Source of the DNA: Takakia lepidozioides
Lineage: Eukaryota > Plantae > Bryophyta
Assembly (NCBI GenBank): GCA_030704615.1
Contig: CM060734.1
Location: forward strand, 744,001 to 808,000
DNA: 64,000 nucleotides
Reading direction: 5' to 3'
Position 1 is the first letter of the stretch. Each line of letters starts with the position of its first letter. Below are positions 1 to 13,750 of the stretch, one piece after another. Position numbers and translations under genes: made by a program. Under the pieces are notes generated by a model. The model saw nothing but the letters and a program-made list of their open reading frames with translations, ran no database searches and was not told the origin of the DNA.

Positions 1-3000
1 CGTTTGAAGTTCGATGTCTCCCCGGAAGCTTTTTCCCCCCCCCATGAGTTGGAGCCTATCCACAACGTGGAACTTAGGGGGAAGCTTTTTCCCCCCCCCA
101 TGAGTTGGAGCCTATCCCCAACGTGGAACTTAGGGGGATCGGCTCAGAGGCCTCCACTCCTAAAAGACGTAGGCTTCAGCTTTGGGCTGCTTCTCTTCTC
201 TCATCCAATTACATTCTGTTTTTACAAGAACACAAACTAGATAGTAGGAAGATCTCCTCTCTAGGACACTCTATCTGGCCCCCCAATTCTTCCTGGTGGA
301 ATCCAACGATTGTTGATACCAGGGGTGGCACTGCTATTCTTATCTCTCCCTCCCTTGCCTCATCCTTCAACAAGGTTGAGACCTGGATCCCTGGGAGAGT
401 CCAATGTGCTTTTACGTCTCCTTCCTCCACCTTTGGGTCTTGTGCCTTCCTTAATATCTATGCGCCCAATTCTGCTGCTGAGCGTGTTGAATTCTGGTCT
501 TCTCTTCGTTCTAAAATTCTTCAGTTTCCCTTGGTCTCTAACTGGGTCCTGGCTGGCGACTTTAACATGGTTGAGAGTCCGCTTGACAGACTGCGTTCTT
601 TCCCTGTTGATGGACTTACTGCCTGGGACAGTCTTTGCTTTTCTGTGGGTTTCTCTGATATCTTCCCCCTGGATTCCACTGCTCTCCGCTTCACCTGGAC
701 TAATAATCGGGGAGCAGACGATCTGAGTATGGCCAGACTTGACAGGGTTTACTGCTCCCCCGCCATTGCCTCTTGGGCCAAATCTGTCCCCCTTCCCCCG
801 ATCCTCCCTGACTTCGATCATGCTCTAGTTACCATGGTCTTCCGTCCCCCTGGGTTGCATGCTAAGGGTCGTAGTTTCTTCAAGTTAAATCCCTCGTTGT
901 TGAAATTCCCTTCCTTACTTCATCAAATTGCTACTGCATGGAAAGAGGCTGGCCTTTCTTTTTCCTCCCCCACTCTCAGGTTCCTTGTCAAGCTTTCTGC
1001 CGCCAGAAAAGTGGCTCAAGAACTTTCTAGGAAAGTGGCCCTGGACAAGGTGACTAAAGAAAAGGCTCTTCTCAAATGTATCTCCCACTGTCAATGGCTA
1101 ATTGAATCAGGTGCCGTAGGCCCAGTGACTTTTGAGACTTTCAACTCTGCCAAAAGAAATCTGGCCGATTTGCGCAGCCTCAAAGAGCTAAACCTCAAGA
1201 GGAAAGCCGGGGTCAACTGGTCCTTGAAAGGAGAGAAAATGTCGGCCTACTTTTTCCAAAAATGAAGCAAAGGCAGGCGGCTTCCTCCATTTTCTCTCTT
1301 AAAGATGAATTTGACCAGTTACATACGGCTCCTAAGTCTATGGCAGCCTTAGCTGCTACAGGTCTGTTCGCCAGGGCTGCCCCCTGGCCCCTTTTCTTTT
1401 CTTGATTGCGGCTGATACCTTGGGCCACCTTCTTGACTCTAATTCTGGAGTGCAGAGCCTCAGGATTCCCCGCTCTCTCCCTACTTCCCCCACTATAAAA
1501 TCATCTATGTATGCTGATGATACCGTGCTCCTCATTGACAATGCTTCTTCTTCGAATGTATGTAATACCTTGGAAGTTCTCAACTCCTTCTGCAAGGCGT
1601 CTGGACTTAAGGTGAATTGCCCTAAGACGGTGGGTATTCTCTCCAAAGTCCTTCCTTCTGCTTCCCTTTCTCACTGTGATCCTTAGGGACAGGATGTGGG
1701 TCTCCGCTGGCTTGCAGACGGGCAAGCTCACACCTTGCTTGGTCACCTCATAGGCCATAACCTAACTGACCAACAAAGATGTGATGTTGTGCTTGCTAAC
1801 CTTAAGAGACAGCTCTCTTACTGGAGCTCTCTACACTTGTCAATTGTTGGGCGTGCATTGGTGGTCAATCAGGTACACCTTGCTTCCTGTTGGTTCTCGG
1901 CTGCTGTCTGGTCTCCTGGTTCTCAGATCATCAATCAGTTCAAAGCCCCTGGAAAACTTTCTCTGGGGTGCCTCCCCTGCTGCTCCAAAACGAAGGGCTT
2001 TGGTGAGCTGGAAGGTCCTCACATAGAAGAAAAGTAGGGGGGGCTTGGGGATTATAGACCCTTTCAAACAGATTACTGCCCTGCTGGCAAAATGGGTTCC
2101 TCGGGTTCTTACCCACCTGTCTGCCCCCTGGAGTCAACTTGTTCGCAGTCACATCCTCTCTGCCTCTCCTGTGTCTGGCCTTTGGCCTCTCTCTCTTCGT
2201 TGGATTGTACAAGGGAACAGATCTATCAGAAGCCCTGTTGCTGGATCTCGTGCCTGGCAATCAATCTGGGCAGCATGGATCAAGTTGCATCCCCTTCTCT
2301 TCCAACGTTCCCCCGCTACTGCTGAAGAAGTGCTACGCCAACCCTTGCTTGCTAACTTCAATGCTGACTCTGAAGTGCTCTTACAGTGCCACCAAAAATG
2401 GGCATTTTGGGAGCAAGGTGGGTTCTCGCATTTCTCGCACTTATGGGACTCTGGACAGTTCATTACTGTCTTTGAAGCTCAGTCTTCCCTTTCTGCCCGT
2501 AGAGCGGCATCCCTGGATCTCATCACCTCTGAACTCCTTTCCCTCTTTCGCTGTCGTTCTGCTCTTTTCCTATGAACATCCGCTCTCTTCTTTTCTGGCT
2601 TGGTGGCTTAACAGGCTCTGAGCAGTTTGCCCTTTACGCCACTTTCAGGGAAGATCTCTATGTTCAAGGCTGGAGGTTTGAGGTAAACCCTGATGGAGTT
2701 TTTGTTTGCCCCCACCTGGGTTTCTGTGCAGGAATCTACCCTTTTTGCAATCCGTGTCTTCTGTGTGGAGACAGGTAGCACCGACCCTGTCCCCCCTAAT
2801 CCTATTGCTCATTACTTCGCTTCATTTCGCTGGTTGCTTTCTGCTCCTATTCAATTGCTGCAATTTGATCCTGCAGAGTGGAAGTGGATGACCAAGAAGC
2901 ATGATCCCTTCTTTGGTTATACGGTTAAGCTAGGATACTCTTTGCTTAATCCTCCGATCACTTCAGGAACTAGGTGGAAAGACAAATGGGCTCACCTTCC

Positions 3001-4085
3001 AGACATCCCAACCAACTGGGCCTCTGTGTGGAAAGATGTTTGGAGGAAGGATAGGGCTTCCAAAATCAGCGGGTTTCTTTGGAAGTTGGTTAACCGAATA
3101 CTGCCTGTCTTCAGCTTTATCTCCAACCCTCCCCCCCCCCTGCTCCATCTGCTCTTCTGGCTGCTCTGAGAATGTGGAACACTGTCTGATCAGTTGTTCG
3201 TTTGCCATCGCTGTATGGTCTGCAGTCTCTAAATTCTTTGCCTCATGGAGAACGGATCTTCCTCTCACCCCCTCCTCCTTACTTCTGAACATTAAAGAGG
3301 GAAGTCTCTGGTCTCACTCTCACACCTACATTTGGAAATGTAGGTGTGCTTGGGTGTATTCGGGTTCTCAGCCTTGTGTGATTCTTTGGTTTCACTCAGC
3401 ACGTGTATTCTGAAGCACAAAGGCTTGGCGAGTGTTATGTTCATCTCTTTCCAGATGTGCAGGAGAGAAGGGCACAGCGGTTACTCCTTGATTTTTTTGA
3501 CACATACTGGGGAAAAGGGGATTGTTTCTGGCACAAGAACTCTTGTCTTGGATTCTCACCAAATGTAAAATGGTCGAGTTTGTCGTGATTCCTCCTGTTT
3601 CCTTCTTCTTAGTTTGCTCCCTATTCTGCCACCCCCTGCTCTACTTGTTTCTTCTCCCCTAGTAATGAAAAGCCCACCGCTGCTGCGCTTTTCTTTCTGC
3701 CTCAGGCTGTTGCATGTTTAATAGTTTTCCTAGTTCTTTTCTGCTTTCTTCCGTTTCTCCTTCCCCTTGGGCTTGGGAGAAGCTTTTTAGTTTTGCTTAT
3801 GCTCACTCCTTGAGCTTAGAATTCCCTTCTGTAAGTGGCTCTTTTCTGTTCCAGGATCCCTGGTAGTTTGCCACTTTTGCATTCCCTTTAAAGTCTCTTA
3901 TGAGCTCAGCTCCCCCCTGCAGTAGTCTCCGTTCTGCTCCAAGGGCTCTTAAACGGTTACGTGGGACTGGGCCTGCCCCCTTTTTCACCCTTATGGTTGT
4001 ATTTGAGGTTATTTTTTCCTCATCCTTATAAATAAATTTCCCAGGGCCTCTGTCCCCTGTTATATTTAAAAAAAAAAAAGAAAAA
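1..4085 (+). mobile_element. L1-like LINE retrotransposon, decayed, with most of the RT N-terminal half deleted; 5' part lies outside the window
   Basis: EEP/APE motifs in ORF 105-1265 (FLQEHK, NIYAPN, GDFN, RLDRVY, DH). Abrupt jump at ~1360 into RT motifs SVRQGCPLAPFLF and YADD (1510-1521). zf-RVT region ~2930-3230 (GFLWKL..., CSIC...E..EH....C). AATAAA at 4031 and poly(A) at 4068-4085. Several frameshifts and stops. Confidence 0.92.
25..137 (+). repeat. ~56-bp tandem duplication spanning the LINE ORF2 start
   Basis: GAAGCTTTT(C)nATGAGTTGGAGCCTATCC.CAACGTGGAACTTAGGGGG occurs at ~25-80 and again at ~81-137. Confidence 0.9.
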
Positions 4086-4651
4086 CTCTATAAATGTTAT
4101 ATTTTTTGAAATCATCCCTGGTTTACTGTTACATGGATAAATGTTAAGAAGAGTCTTGGTTGCCCTCTTTAATTGGTAATATTTTATCACTCTGTTACTG
4201 TTTATTTTTTCTTACTCCCAAGGCGTAACAATAAAGGATTGTCGACTGTAGCATTGTGCACGATGACGTCAATCTCGTACGTATGATGAGCAATTACACA
4301 CACCACATCTCCGGGGACGGCCCGACATAATGACCGCAATAAACTCCTCTTCATCAATTATCAAGACACGCTCCCACATCTATGATCTCACCATCGGTGG
4401 CTACCAAATCTGCATCTCTTTGTAATTAAATACACACCGGACTCGCGCAACGACGTGTGGATCTCGGAGGCCCAATCGTTCAAAGATCGGAAGCCATCAT
4501 TGACACCTAACTTTTTAGAGCTTCCCTATCGGGAATCAAGCGCTCAATATACGACAAGCCCAGTACTTACTGATGTGGTCTCCAGAATGTCGAAGGTGAG
4601 GGCACGACGTCTATCGATCCACACCGACTCTCTCAGAGACAGCGCGATCCC

Positions 4652-4690
4652 CACACACACACAAAGAGAGAGAGAGAGAGAGAGTGTGAG
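4652..4690. repeat. (CA)n-(GA)n compound microsatellite upstream of PAL
   Basis: Read directly from the sequence. Confidence 0.9.
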
Positions 4691-5689
4691 TGTGCCACGT
4701 CACTAAAGTGCTGGCATCCACGTCACCCCCACATTTGCAACCAGTCATTTGGCCTCCCGTCCGTAGCCTTGATCAAAGTAATTTAGCCAAAAATGAATAA
4801 ATATCGCCGCGGTTGGTGCTTGCCCGCGATAGAGAACGAATAGCATCGGAGTATAGAAGGAAATTCATCCATTATCAATTATTTGTCATCCACATCCATC
4901 CGGAGAGGTAGTGTCGGAGAGGACACGGAAGGGGGCAGCGCGGGCAGCGCGGGCAGCGAGGGAGGCATGGAGGGAGGGATGGTTTTTTGGGGGGGGGGGG
5001 CGGCTCGGCCGTGATGGCGTGTTGACTGCTGCTGCAGAGGAGGGGGATTGTCAGCGCTGCTCTGCGACGCTGGAGATGGCAGCGCTGGTGAGCGGTGGGT
5101 GTGAACACACGTCCAGGCAGGGTGTGTTCCTTGCTGGATGGAAAAGCCTTGCTCCTGGGTCCCACGTTTCTCTCGTTTGTCTACAGGTGGTTGCCACCTT
5201 GGACCTTGGGGGCATATAAGCACGTATCAGAAGGATATGAGCGTTGCATCTCTTCCCACCTTTGGGACGCCGCCCTCTGTAGCAACTTTGCTGCTGGGGT
5301 GTGTGGGCCGTCGCTGGTAGCTTTCTGCGATCCAATTCTTGTCACAGATTGTGTCTCTGACGCGAGTTGTGTTTGGGGAACTTATTACTGATTGTTTTCT
5401 CACTTGGGGGAGTAATACTGCTACTCGCATTTCTGTACCAGCCTGAAGCAGCTTCCTCTCTCTGGTTTGTCGGAGTTGCAGGTTTGTCCTTGTTTGCTTT
5501 GTTTCAATGTAGTTGGGCTTCTGTCGAATTTCAGACTCGACTGTTGCTGGCAGCAGTGTTCCCTCATTCGCTGTACCACGCAGAGGCAGTTTTCTCTGTC
5601 TCTCCTGGACTTTGTGCTGCTTCGTTTTCCTCTCTGTCTATCTGCCTGTAGCTCTTTCTTTCCAACGGCTTTCTGTTAAGTTGGTAGCC

Positions 5690-8511
5690 ATGGTGATGGC
5701 CAAGAAAACGATGCTGTCTGCCTTGAATGGTGACAAGCTGATTCACGATGCTAATGGAGACTCGCTCTGTTTGAATGGCGTGGAAGCGATTAAGCTGCAT
5801 GATCCCCTCAACTGGGAGAAGACGGCAGCAGCTTTGCAAGGGAGCCACCTTGACGAGGTGGCCAAGATGGTGAACACCTTCTACGAGATCAAGGAAGTGG
5901 CTCTAGAGGGCGTGAGCCTAACAGTTGCGCATGTGGCAGCGGTAGCTCGCCGACGCGAAGTGAAAGTGGTGCTGGATGCTGCGGTAGCCAAGAGCAGGGT
6001 GGATACGAGCTCCAACTGGGTTCAACAGAAGATTATGAACGGTGGAGACATCTATGGAGTCACCACTGGTTTCGGAGCCACCTCGCACCGCCGCACCCAG
6101 CAGGGCACGGAGCTTCAGAAAGAGCTGATCAGGTATTGTGTGTGTGTGACTCATTGCGAGACTGACGTTCTTCATATGTAAGGACCGCAAACATGCATGA
6201 AAGGTGATTTGAAGAAAACATCTGGTCTGATTGGAGGGAATGCCGGTTATGTTGCGTTTCCAGGTTTCTGAATGCGGGAGTCTTTGGCAAGGGCAATACG
6301 TTGCCCTCATCCACCACGCGCGCGGCAATGTTGGTGCGAACGAATACTTTGATGCAGGGATACTCAGGCATCCGGTGGGAGATTCTGGAAGCAATGCAAA
6401 GGCTTCTCAACAGCCACATCACGCCCAAGTTGCCGCTTCGCGGCACTATCTCTGCATCTGGAGACCTTGTCCCATTGTCATATATTGCTGGTATGGTCCA
6501 TTCTCCGTTTCTCTCTTTTCTCTCTGCAATAAGTGTCGTCCTTCCAAAATCATAATTTGGCATTGTTTCGTGATGCCAAGGTGCAACCTTCAATAGATTA
6601 TATGTCTCGGTTAGTCAGTGTTTGATATATTCCTGCATGTTCGCTGTGGGAGAAGCTGCATATCCACTTGCATCGATTTGCCAGGAAAGTCGACTGTTGA
6701 TGGGAATGTCGTTGATTCGACAATGTTGCTGTCTTTGCAGGGCTCCTCACTGGCAGAGCCAATTCCAAAGCTCTTACTGAGGATGGAAGGGAGGTGTCAG
6801 CTGTTCAGGCTTTGAAGCTTGCAGGGGTGGAGAAGGTCTTTGAATTGCAGCCGAAGGAAGGCCTTGCTCTCGTTAATGGAACGGCAGTGGGATCTGGCCT
6901 TGCCTCCACTGTCTGTTTTGATGCCAACATCTTGGTCTTACTTGCTGAAGTTCTATCAGCACTTTTCTGTGAAGTGATGCAAGGAAAGCCAGAGTTCACT
7001 GATCCTTTGACCCATAGGTTGAAACACCATCCAGGTCAAATAGAGGCAGCAGCTCTGATGGAATGGATTCTTGATGGGAGCTCCTATATGAAAGCTGCAG
7101 CCAAGTTGCATGAGACTGACCCACTGAAGAAACCTAAGCAGGATCGATATGCTCTGCGCACCTCCCCTCAATGGCTGGGCCCTCAGGTACCTTACCTTCC
7201 AAGCAGGAGAAACACTTACCTGATAAGATTCTTGACTGGCACATCAAGTGAATTGTAGAATATTTGCCGACAAACGATTCAATCCATTGGATATGCCCCA
7301 AGGATAAAATTGCATAAGTTTCAATGAACCTGGACTTTTGTAAGTCCCCTGTTCTTCTGGTCTCCCTGTTACTATGCCCTCAGTTGGCATTGGCTCCAGT
7401 CTTGTAACATGTCCAGTCTTGTTTTGTGCGTGTCTTATGTCAGGTGGAGACTATTCGGTTTGCAACACATGCTATCCAGAGGGAAATCAACTCAGTGAAT
7501 GACAATCCACTTATCGATGCTGCTGGTGACAGAGCCCTTCATGGAGGAAACTTTCAGGGAACACCCATTGGTGTCTCCATGGACAATATGCGCTTGGCTA
7601 TTGCTGCAATTGGAAAGCTCATGTTTGCACAGTTTTCAGAGCTAGTCAATGATTTCTATAACAACGGGCTGCCCTCGAACCTGAGTGGAGGACCAAACCC
7701 AAGTTTGGACTATGGCATGAAGGGAGGAGAGATAGCCATGGCTTCTTACCTTTCTGAGTTGAATTACTTGGCCAACCCAGTGACCACTCATGTGCAAAGT
7801 GCCGAGCAGCACAATCAGGATGTTAATTCTCTGGGGTTGGTTTCTGCCAGGAAGACAGAGGAATCCATTGAAATACTGAAGCTTATGAGCTCAACCTTCT
7901 TGGTGGGACTTTGTCAAGCCATTGACCTTCGACACATTGAAGAGACAATGCAAGCTGCAGTCAAGCAAGTAGTCACCCAGGTGGCCAAGAAAACACTCTT
8001 CACAGGCAATAATGGTGTACTATTGCCATCACGATTTTGTGAAAAGGAGCTTCTGGGGGTAGTGGATCAGCAGCCTGTGTTCACTTACATTGATGATGCA
8101 TCAAGCAAGTCATATCCCCTCATGGAAAAGCTGAGGCAAGTTTTGGTAGATCATGCCCTCAAGAACCCCAAGGATGAGATATCAGAGAGTACCTCTGTTT
8201 TCCACAGAATTTCACTATTCGAAGAGGAGTTGAAGATACGCCTGGATATTGAAATTCCCTCGACTCGAGAGGCATATGACAAAGGATTTTCTTCTGTGGC
8301 CAACTGCATTAAGGATTGCCGAACCTACTCCCTGTATAATTTTGTCCGAGCTGAGTTGGGAACGCAGCTACTCTCAGGCACCAAAACTATCTCTCCTGGG
8401 CAAGAGATTGAGAAGGTTTATGATGCTATCTGCGAAGGCAAACTTGTGGGCCCTCTACTCCACTGTGTTGAAGGGTGGACTGGAACTCCCAGACCCTTTC
8501 CCCAATGCTAA
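5690..8511 (+). CDS. PAL: Phenylalanine ammonia-lyase; exons 5690-6132, 6264-6490, 6741-7186, 7444-8511
   Basis: Motifs [19 protein letters not shown]|FLNAG, MIO motif [59 protein letters not shown]. All three introns are GT-AG and splicing keeps the frame. F-L at the specificity position indicates PAL rather than PTAL. Confidence 0.97.
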
Positions 8512-10784
8512 CACTGGAATGTCTGGTTGCAACACAGGAATAGCGTGTTGTTCTACTTCGATTATTTTGTTTCCAACTCAAAATTGACATAGATTTATCA
8601 TCAATCAGATTGTCTATAGGTTTGAGTGGCCTTGAAATGGAGCATGAAATACATGGGCATATGTACCATAATCTCCAACACAATGCACATTAGTTGATCT
8701 TACCAAGAAAATAATTTCCAAAGACAATATCTGCATTGTCTATGATTGTGGTTGCCAAAAAATGGAAAAGTCAACTTTAAAACTACAGGGATGTTTTTGT
8801 TGCATCATGTAGCAAAATGACTTGAAATAAGCATCTGAAAATGATATGTTATCAACCCGCTCAGTTAGCTGAGTTCGTTAGTAAGTAGGAAGAATCTCTC
8901 GGGGGCCGTGGGAACCTTCTAACCCTTCTAGTACCAACCCCTCAAGTGGTGGGACCCACTATCAGGCCTACTCCCACCACTTGACACCTGTATCCTCACT
9001 ACCCAAATTGGCCTGAGCCGTCCCCTATTTAATAGGTATCACCTTCTTGCCTTCTTTTTTTGGACCCCTTCATTTCTTGAAATCCCTCTGCCACCTAGAC
9101 CACTCTAGAAGGAACAGGGACCACCCAAACTTGGGGGCCTTATTCTCTCCAACTCTCAAAGCTTATGAAACTGTTATGTAATATATTTCCTTCCTTCCTG
9201 ATGCAACTTTCCCAGCCCCAAACCCGTACCTGTCACCCCACATGTGGAGAGAGTAGCATGGTCAAACTCAATATCCCTTCTTTTTACAATTCTTCAATCT
9301 AATTCTTCAATCAGCTGTTAACTCTTTCCGTAGTTTTCACCCACTTCCTCCCTTCCTCTCCTTGCACACAGTGCACATGGGAAAAAGGGAAAGAATTGAA
9401 AAGTTTCAGAGCTGTGTCTGTGTAAAGACGATTAAATTTTTGCAAATCATCCAAAGGTCAATCTCCCATCTTCAAAATCCTGAAGTTCTGAACACCTGCC
9501 AAGGCAAAATGCAGAAGCTGCACCGATTGTAACAAGCAAAGAAAAAAACAACAAGCAAGGGAAAAAGGGCAGGTAAATGAAACTAGATTACCAGGAGGAG
9601 AAAGAAAGGGACAGCTGAAGAAAGTAGGGAAGATAGTGTCCGGAGGAAAGATAACAACTATCACCTCGCAGAGCTCATGAAGGTAGAACTACCGCTTGAG
9701 GTAGTGTCAGAATGTAGATGAGCTTTAATCTTGGTATTCCTGATCCTTGAGCACATCTGGAAACGACAGATTATCCTCTTGATGATTGATGGTGTCAGGC
9801 ACAAGCATCTCAGTATATAGCCAGCAACGACGCACACAAGGCTCGCAAAGTGCGGAAATGATTGTCAGTACAGTCCAACATGGGCGCCACACTGCTCTGA
9901 ACCGGGGAGGCGGGTGCTTCAAGAGGAAAAAACTAACAGAGTGCCGTCGACTGGCCCCTTGATGGGGCTGTGCATAAGGAGTTCAACTTTGAAGCTACCA
10001 TCCAGGGATCTGTCATATCATGGAAAGCGAAGTCTCTGTAGCTTCCATGCACACAAATCCCTACCACATTTGTCTCTGCGACAATGGAAGCACAGAGCGA
10101 GGGTCAGACTGCGATGCGTAGCAAGAGTTCCCATTTCTTCCTTGCAGAAGTGCACCTGTTTGAACAGCTAACAGTTCTCGTCTGATAATAAGATAATCAT
10201 CTGTCCAACCAAAGGGCTTAGATTAACCGTGCAATGATAAACCCAGGACCTTGTCTATCATGCAAGAGAGGAGGGTGGCACACAAAGCAGACTTGATTTC
10301 TAGAAATGCAAAACCGGCCTCCATGTGCAGCCTAAATGTTGAGGTAGACACCTTCATCCTCCTCATCTTCACCATGTCGCAAGGCTGCAAATGCTCCCTA
10401 AGCAACTGAAGGTACAGGTCATGGCTCATACCGGCGGGTGCAAAAACCTGCAGTAATGGCACCTGTGTAATTGTCACAACACTGTGGTTCATCTCAGCAT
10501 TTGGTGACAGAGTTTGAGGAAATCCTGAATAGATAGATGGCAGGACAAATATAAATTACACTCAGGATATGATTTACCTTACTAACATAACCGTTTTCCT
10601 GACAAATAAGAGCACAAGGGATATATTAAAGTACCTACAATAACGAACTCATATGCATGAAATGAAAGCTTCTGGCACAGTTTTGGCAGATCTATCTGCA
10701 AATTTTTCCAGTGGATGTTGGGCATTTCACTGCTGCTGTTCAAATTGTACTGGGATTGCCATCACTGCCATAGGCAGCACTCAA

Positions 10785-12356
10785 GGAGCTACGTCCTGCC
10801 TCCTTTTTGACACACCTGTCCTGCATCAATTTTCGCACCTTTGCTTAGTCATCCCATCTACCAGCAGCAGCAGCATAGATATTGGACAGCAGAACATAAT
10901 TTCCAGCATCATGTGGATCCACCTTAAGAAGGCAATTCGCTGCACGTTCTGCTACCTCCACACAATTCTGCAAGGTTCCCCACACTGAAGCACCTGGCTT
11001 GCTTGGCATTTTTCTAATGAAGTCCTCTCCCTCATCCAATTGGCCTACGCGGCTCAGAAGGTCCAGCATGCAACCAAAATGCTCCACTCTAGGAGTGAGG
11101 CCATGATCTTGACTCATGAATCGAAGTGGTGACAACCCTCATCCACCAGGCCCAATGTTTACAGGCAGACAGAAGACATACATAGGTGATACAGTTTGGC
11201 TTCAAGCCTTCCAGTCGCATTTGTTCAAATAGTTGGAGCACTCCTTACCACACCCATTCTGACCATATCCCGCAGTCATAGCATTCCATGAGACTACATC
11301 TCAATGGGACATACTGTCAAACACTTAAGTGCATCCTTCATACTCCCACATTTGGCATACATGTCAACCAGGGTATTCTCCAAATTAATATACGATGGAA
11401 TTCCAGCTCTGCTGATGTCATCATGAACTTCTTTGCCTTTTACCAGGGCTCCTTCGATGGAACATGCATTGACAATGCAAATAAATGTCACCTTGTTGGG
11501 CATTACCCCTTCCCGTATCATTTGCTCATACATCCCCAAAGCAAGCCTACCACATCTCTGCTGAGCATATCCTGCAATCATTGTGCTCCAGGAGACCACA
11601 TTTCGCTTAGCCATATTGTCAAACACTTCCCGTGCATCGTTTACACTCCCTCGTTTGGCATACATATCGACAAGGGCATTCTCCAAATTTATGAATGATG
11701 CAATTCCAGTTTTAATGATGTCAGCATGGACTTCTTTCTTCCAGGGCTCCTAGGCTGGCACACAACATTAACACAGTGAATGTGGCCTTGTCAGGCGCTA
11801 CCCCTTCCTGTGCCATTTGCTTATACATCATCTTGAAAGCCTCCCTACTACACCCATGCCGAGCATATCCTGCAATCATTGTGTTCTATGAGACCACATC
11901 ACATTGTACCATGTTGTCAAACACTTTGTGGCCATCCTTGATGCTCCCACATTGATATACATGTTAACAGAGTATTCTCCAAATTGATATAAGAGGGAAC
12001 TCCAGCTCTGATGATGTCAGCATGGACTTCCTTGCCGATTTCCAGAGCTTTTAGGTTGACACAAGCCTTGAGAATGCAAATAACTGTGATGGTGTTTGGC
12101 GTCAAGCCTTCCTGTACCATTTGGCAGTAGATCTCAAAAGCTTGCTTACCATACCATGTTGAGTATATCCTGCCATCATTGTAGTCCATGTGAACACATC
12201 TCAGCAGGTGATTTTGTCAAACAATTGGCGTGCATCCACAAGGCTCCCGCACTTGGCATACATGTTCAGTAGGATGTTGAGTAGAGAGATGTTTGGCTTG
12301 AATCCAGTTTGGAGAATGTGGACGTGCACGTGCTTTCCCATTTGAAGGTCTTCATT
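10785..12356 (-). pseudogene. PLS-class PPR gene with E domain, frameshifted and degenerate
   Basis: Repeated NALVDMYAK.G...DAR.VFD...VVSWSTMIAGYAQ units. E-domain motifs EHFGCMLDLLSRVG and YVLLSNIYAAAAGRWDD. Many frameshifts. Confidence 0.9.
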
Positions 12357-12358
12357 AT

Positions 12359-12480
12359 TTATGCACTCTTTCTGAACTTGGGCACAGGGCTGCCTGCTGC
12401 ATCAAGGAATAAGGGTTGAATATACCAGGATCCCTCAAACTGCTTCATGAACCCTGGTTCAGCAAGCCAATACTTAACCT
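12359..12480 (-). pseudogene. Isolated exon resembling a polyketide-cyclase/START (COQ10-like) domain C-terminus
   Basis: TTGCAG acceptor followed by VKYWLAEPGFMKQFEGSWYIQPLF; abuts the PPR relic. Confidence 0.55.
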
Positions 12481-13013
12481 GCAAAGCGCAGATCTGCCTG
12501 GTCAGCCATAACTTCCTTATCACGACAGCATGGATGTTGTGATACTTGACTAGCCCTCCACCCACCTCCAGAGTACATCCTCACGCCAGAGCTGAAAGGC
12601 GGCCATCAAGCCCTAGTCTGTGAACCAGCTGGTAAGTATGCAATAATTTGTCCATGTACAATGTCATGGGTGATACTGCATTGGTACAGGCATGGATCTA
12701 GGAGAGAGTGTGGTCTCATCATGTGTGCATGCTCGACACCGTCAAAAATTCCAACTAATAGAAAGGGCCCTGTGATTCAAATAGAAAGGGAGGCGCGACG
12801 TCTGTGCCGTACATGGTATTTCCCCAGACAAGCTGTAGGAAAGGGTGTTCCGAAAACACCAGGAACAATTTGGAAAACTTGAAGATCACAGGGAGCCATG
12901 TACATGCACTTGATTGATCCGTCACCTAGCTTTGGATTGAAAACCCTGCATTACTTCTTAAAATCAGGCCCAACAGCACTAATCTATCTAGCAGGTAAAC
13001 AACTGGGCAATGC

Positions 13014-13750
13014 CTACCCCATCAATGCACTTCCCAGTGAAGACCGGTCCATGAATGTGGGAATGGAAAAGAGAAGCAGTAGTTTGTGCATGGAAAATAC
13101 CTCATTTGGATCCAATGCCCTCATTCGATTGAGAGGCAAGTGGTAGATTGCACCAGTACAGAACACAGTAGTTGATTTTTTGCATTTTGCGGCATGGTTA
13201 TAATGGTGACTTGTTTTGTAGCAAGTAACCGTCCAGCCCTCAGTTTTGGAATCATATATCTCTGTACTATGTATGGGTTCATCACATTCTATACCCCCTG
13301 CCACAAGTATTGTATAGCCTCTTATGACCAGATCCATGTACATGAAAACCACAGGATTTTCTCTTCTATGATGTAGAAGATGCAGTTTCTTCTTGATCAG
13401 ACACAAAAATCCCACAAAAGGTGATTTCAGAGTGCAGTTGTTGTAAAGCAGAAGCACACAGGCTGCCGGGCAGAGCCTCCAGCCAGCTCTGGGTTGTTCT
13501 ATGTAGAAATGAAGAATGGAAGTAAGGGACATGGAGTAGTACCACTCATCCGGCCCATGGTTGTATGCGTGGGCCTCGCCAGACCCACGATTGTCGTACA
13601 AGAATAACCAGGATTTTGGAGGGGGAACTTCGGTTCTGGGGCATTGTTGACTTGGGAACCAGTCAAAGTATATATCTATGTCCCATTCCTTCCTGGCCTC
13701 AGTGGCTGCTGCTTGGCTGGAGCTATATCGTGAAACTCCTACCTCGCCTC
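13014..13750 (-). pseudogene. F-box/kelch-type protein remnant
   Basis: WLFLYD...AHAYN...DEWY and ILVAGG...STEIYDSKTEGW (kelch-like). No intact F-box N-terminus; frame is degraded. Confidence 0.6.

Noticed and set aside
4875-5430. Overlapping GC-rich ORFs and AC/G-box-like motifs upstream of PAL
   Set aside because: Low complexity with no recognisable domain. The TSS is unknown, so short motifs cannot be supported.
9700-10500. Possible coding remnant on the minus strand
   Set aside because: No recognisable family or consistent frame.
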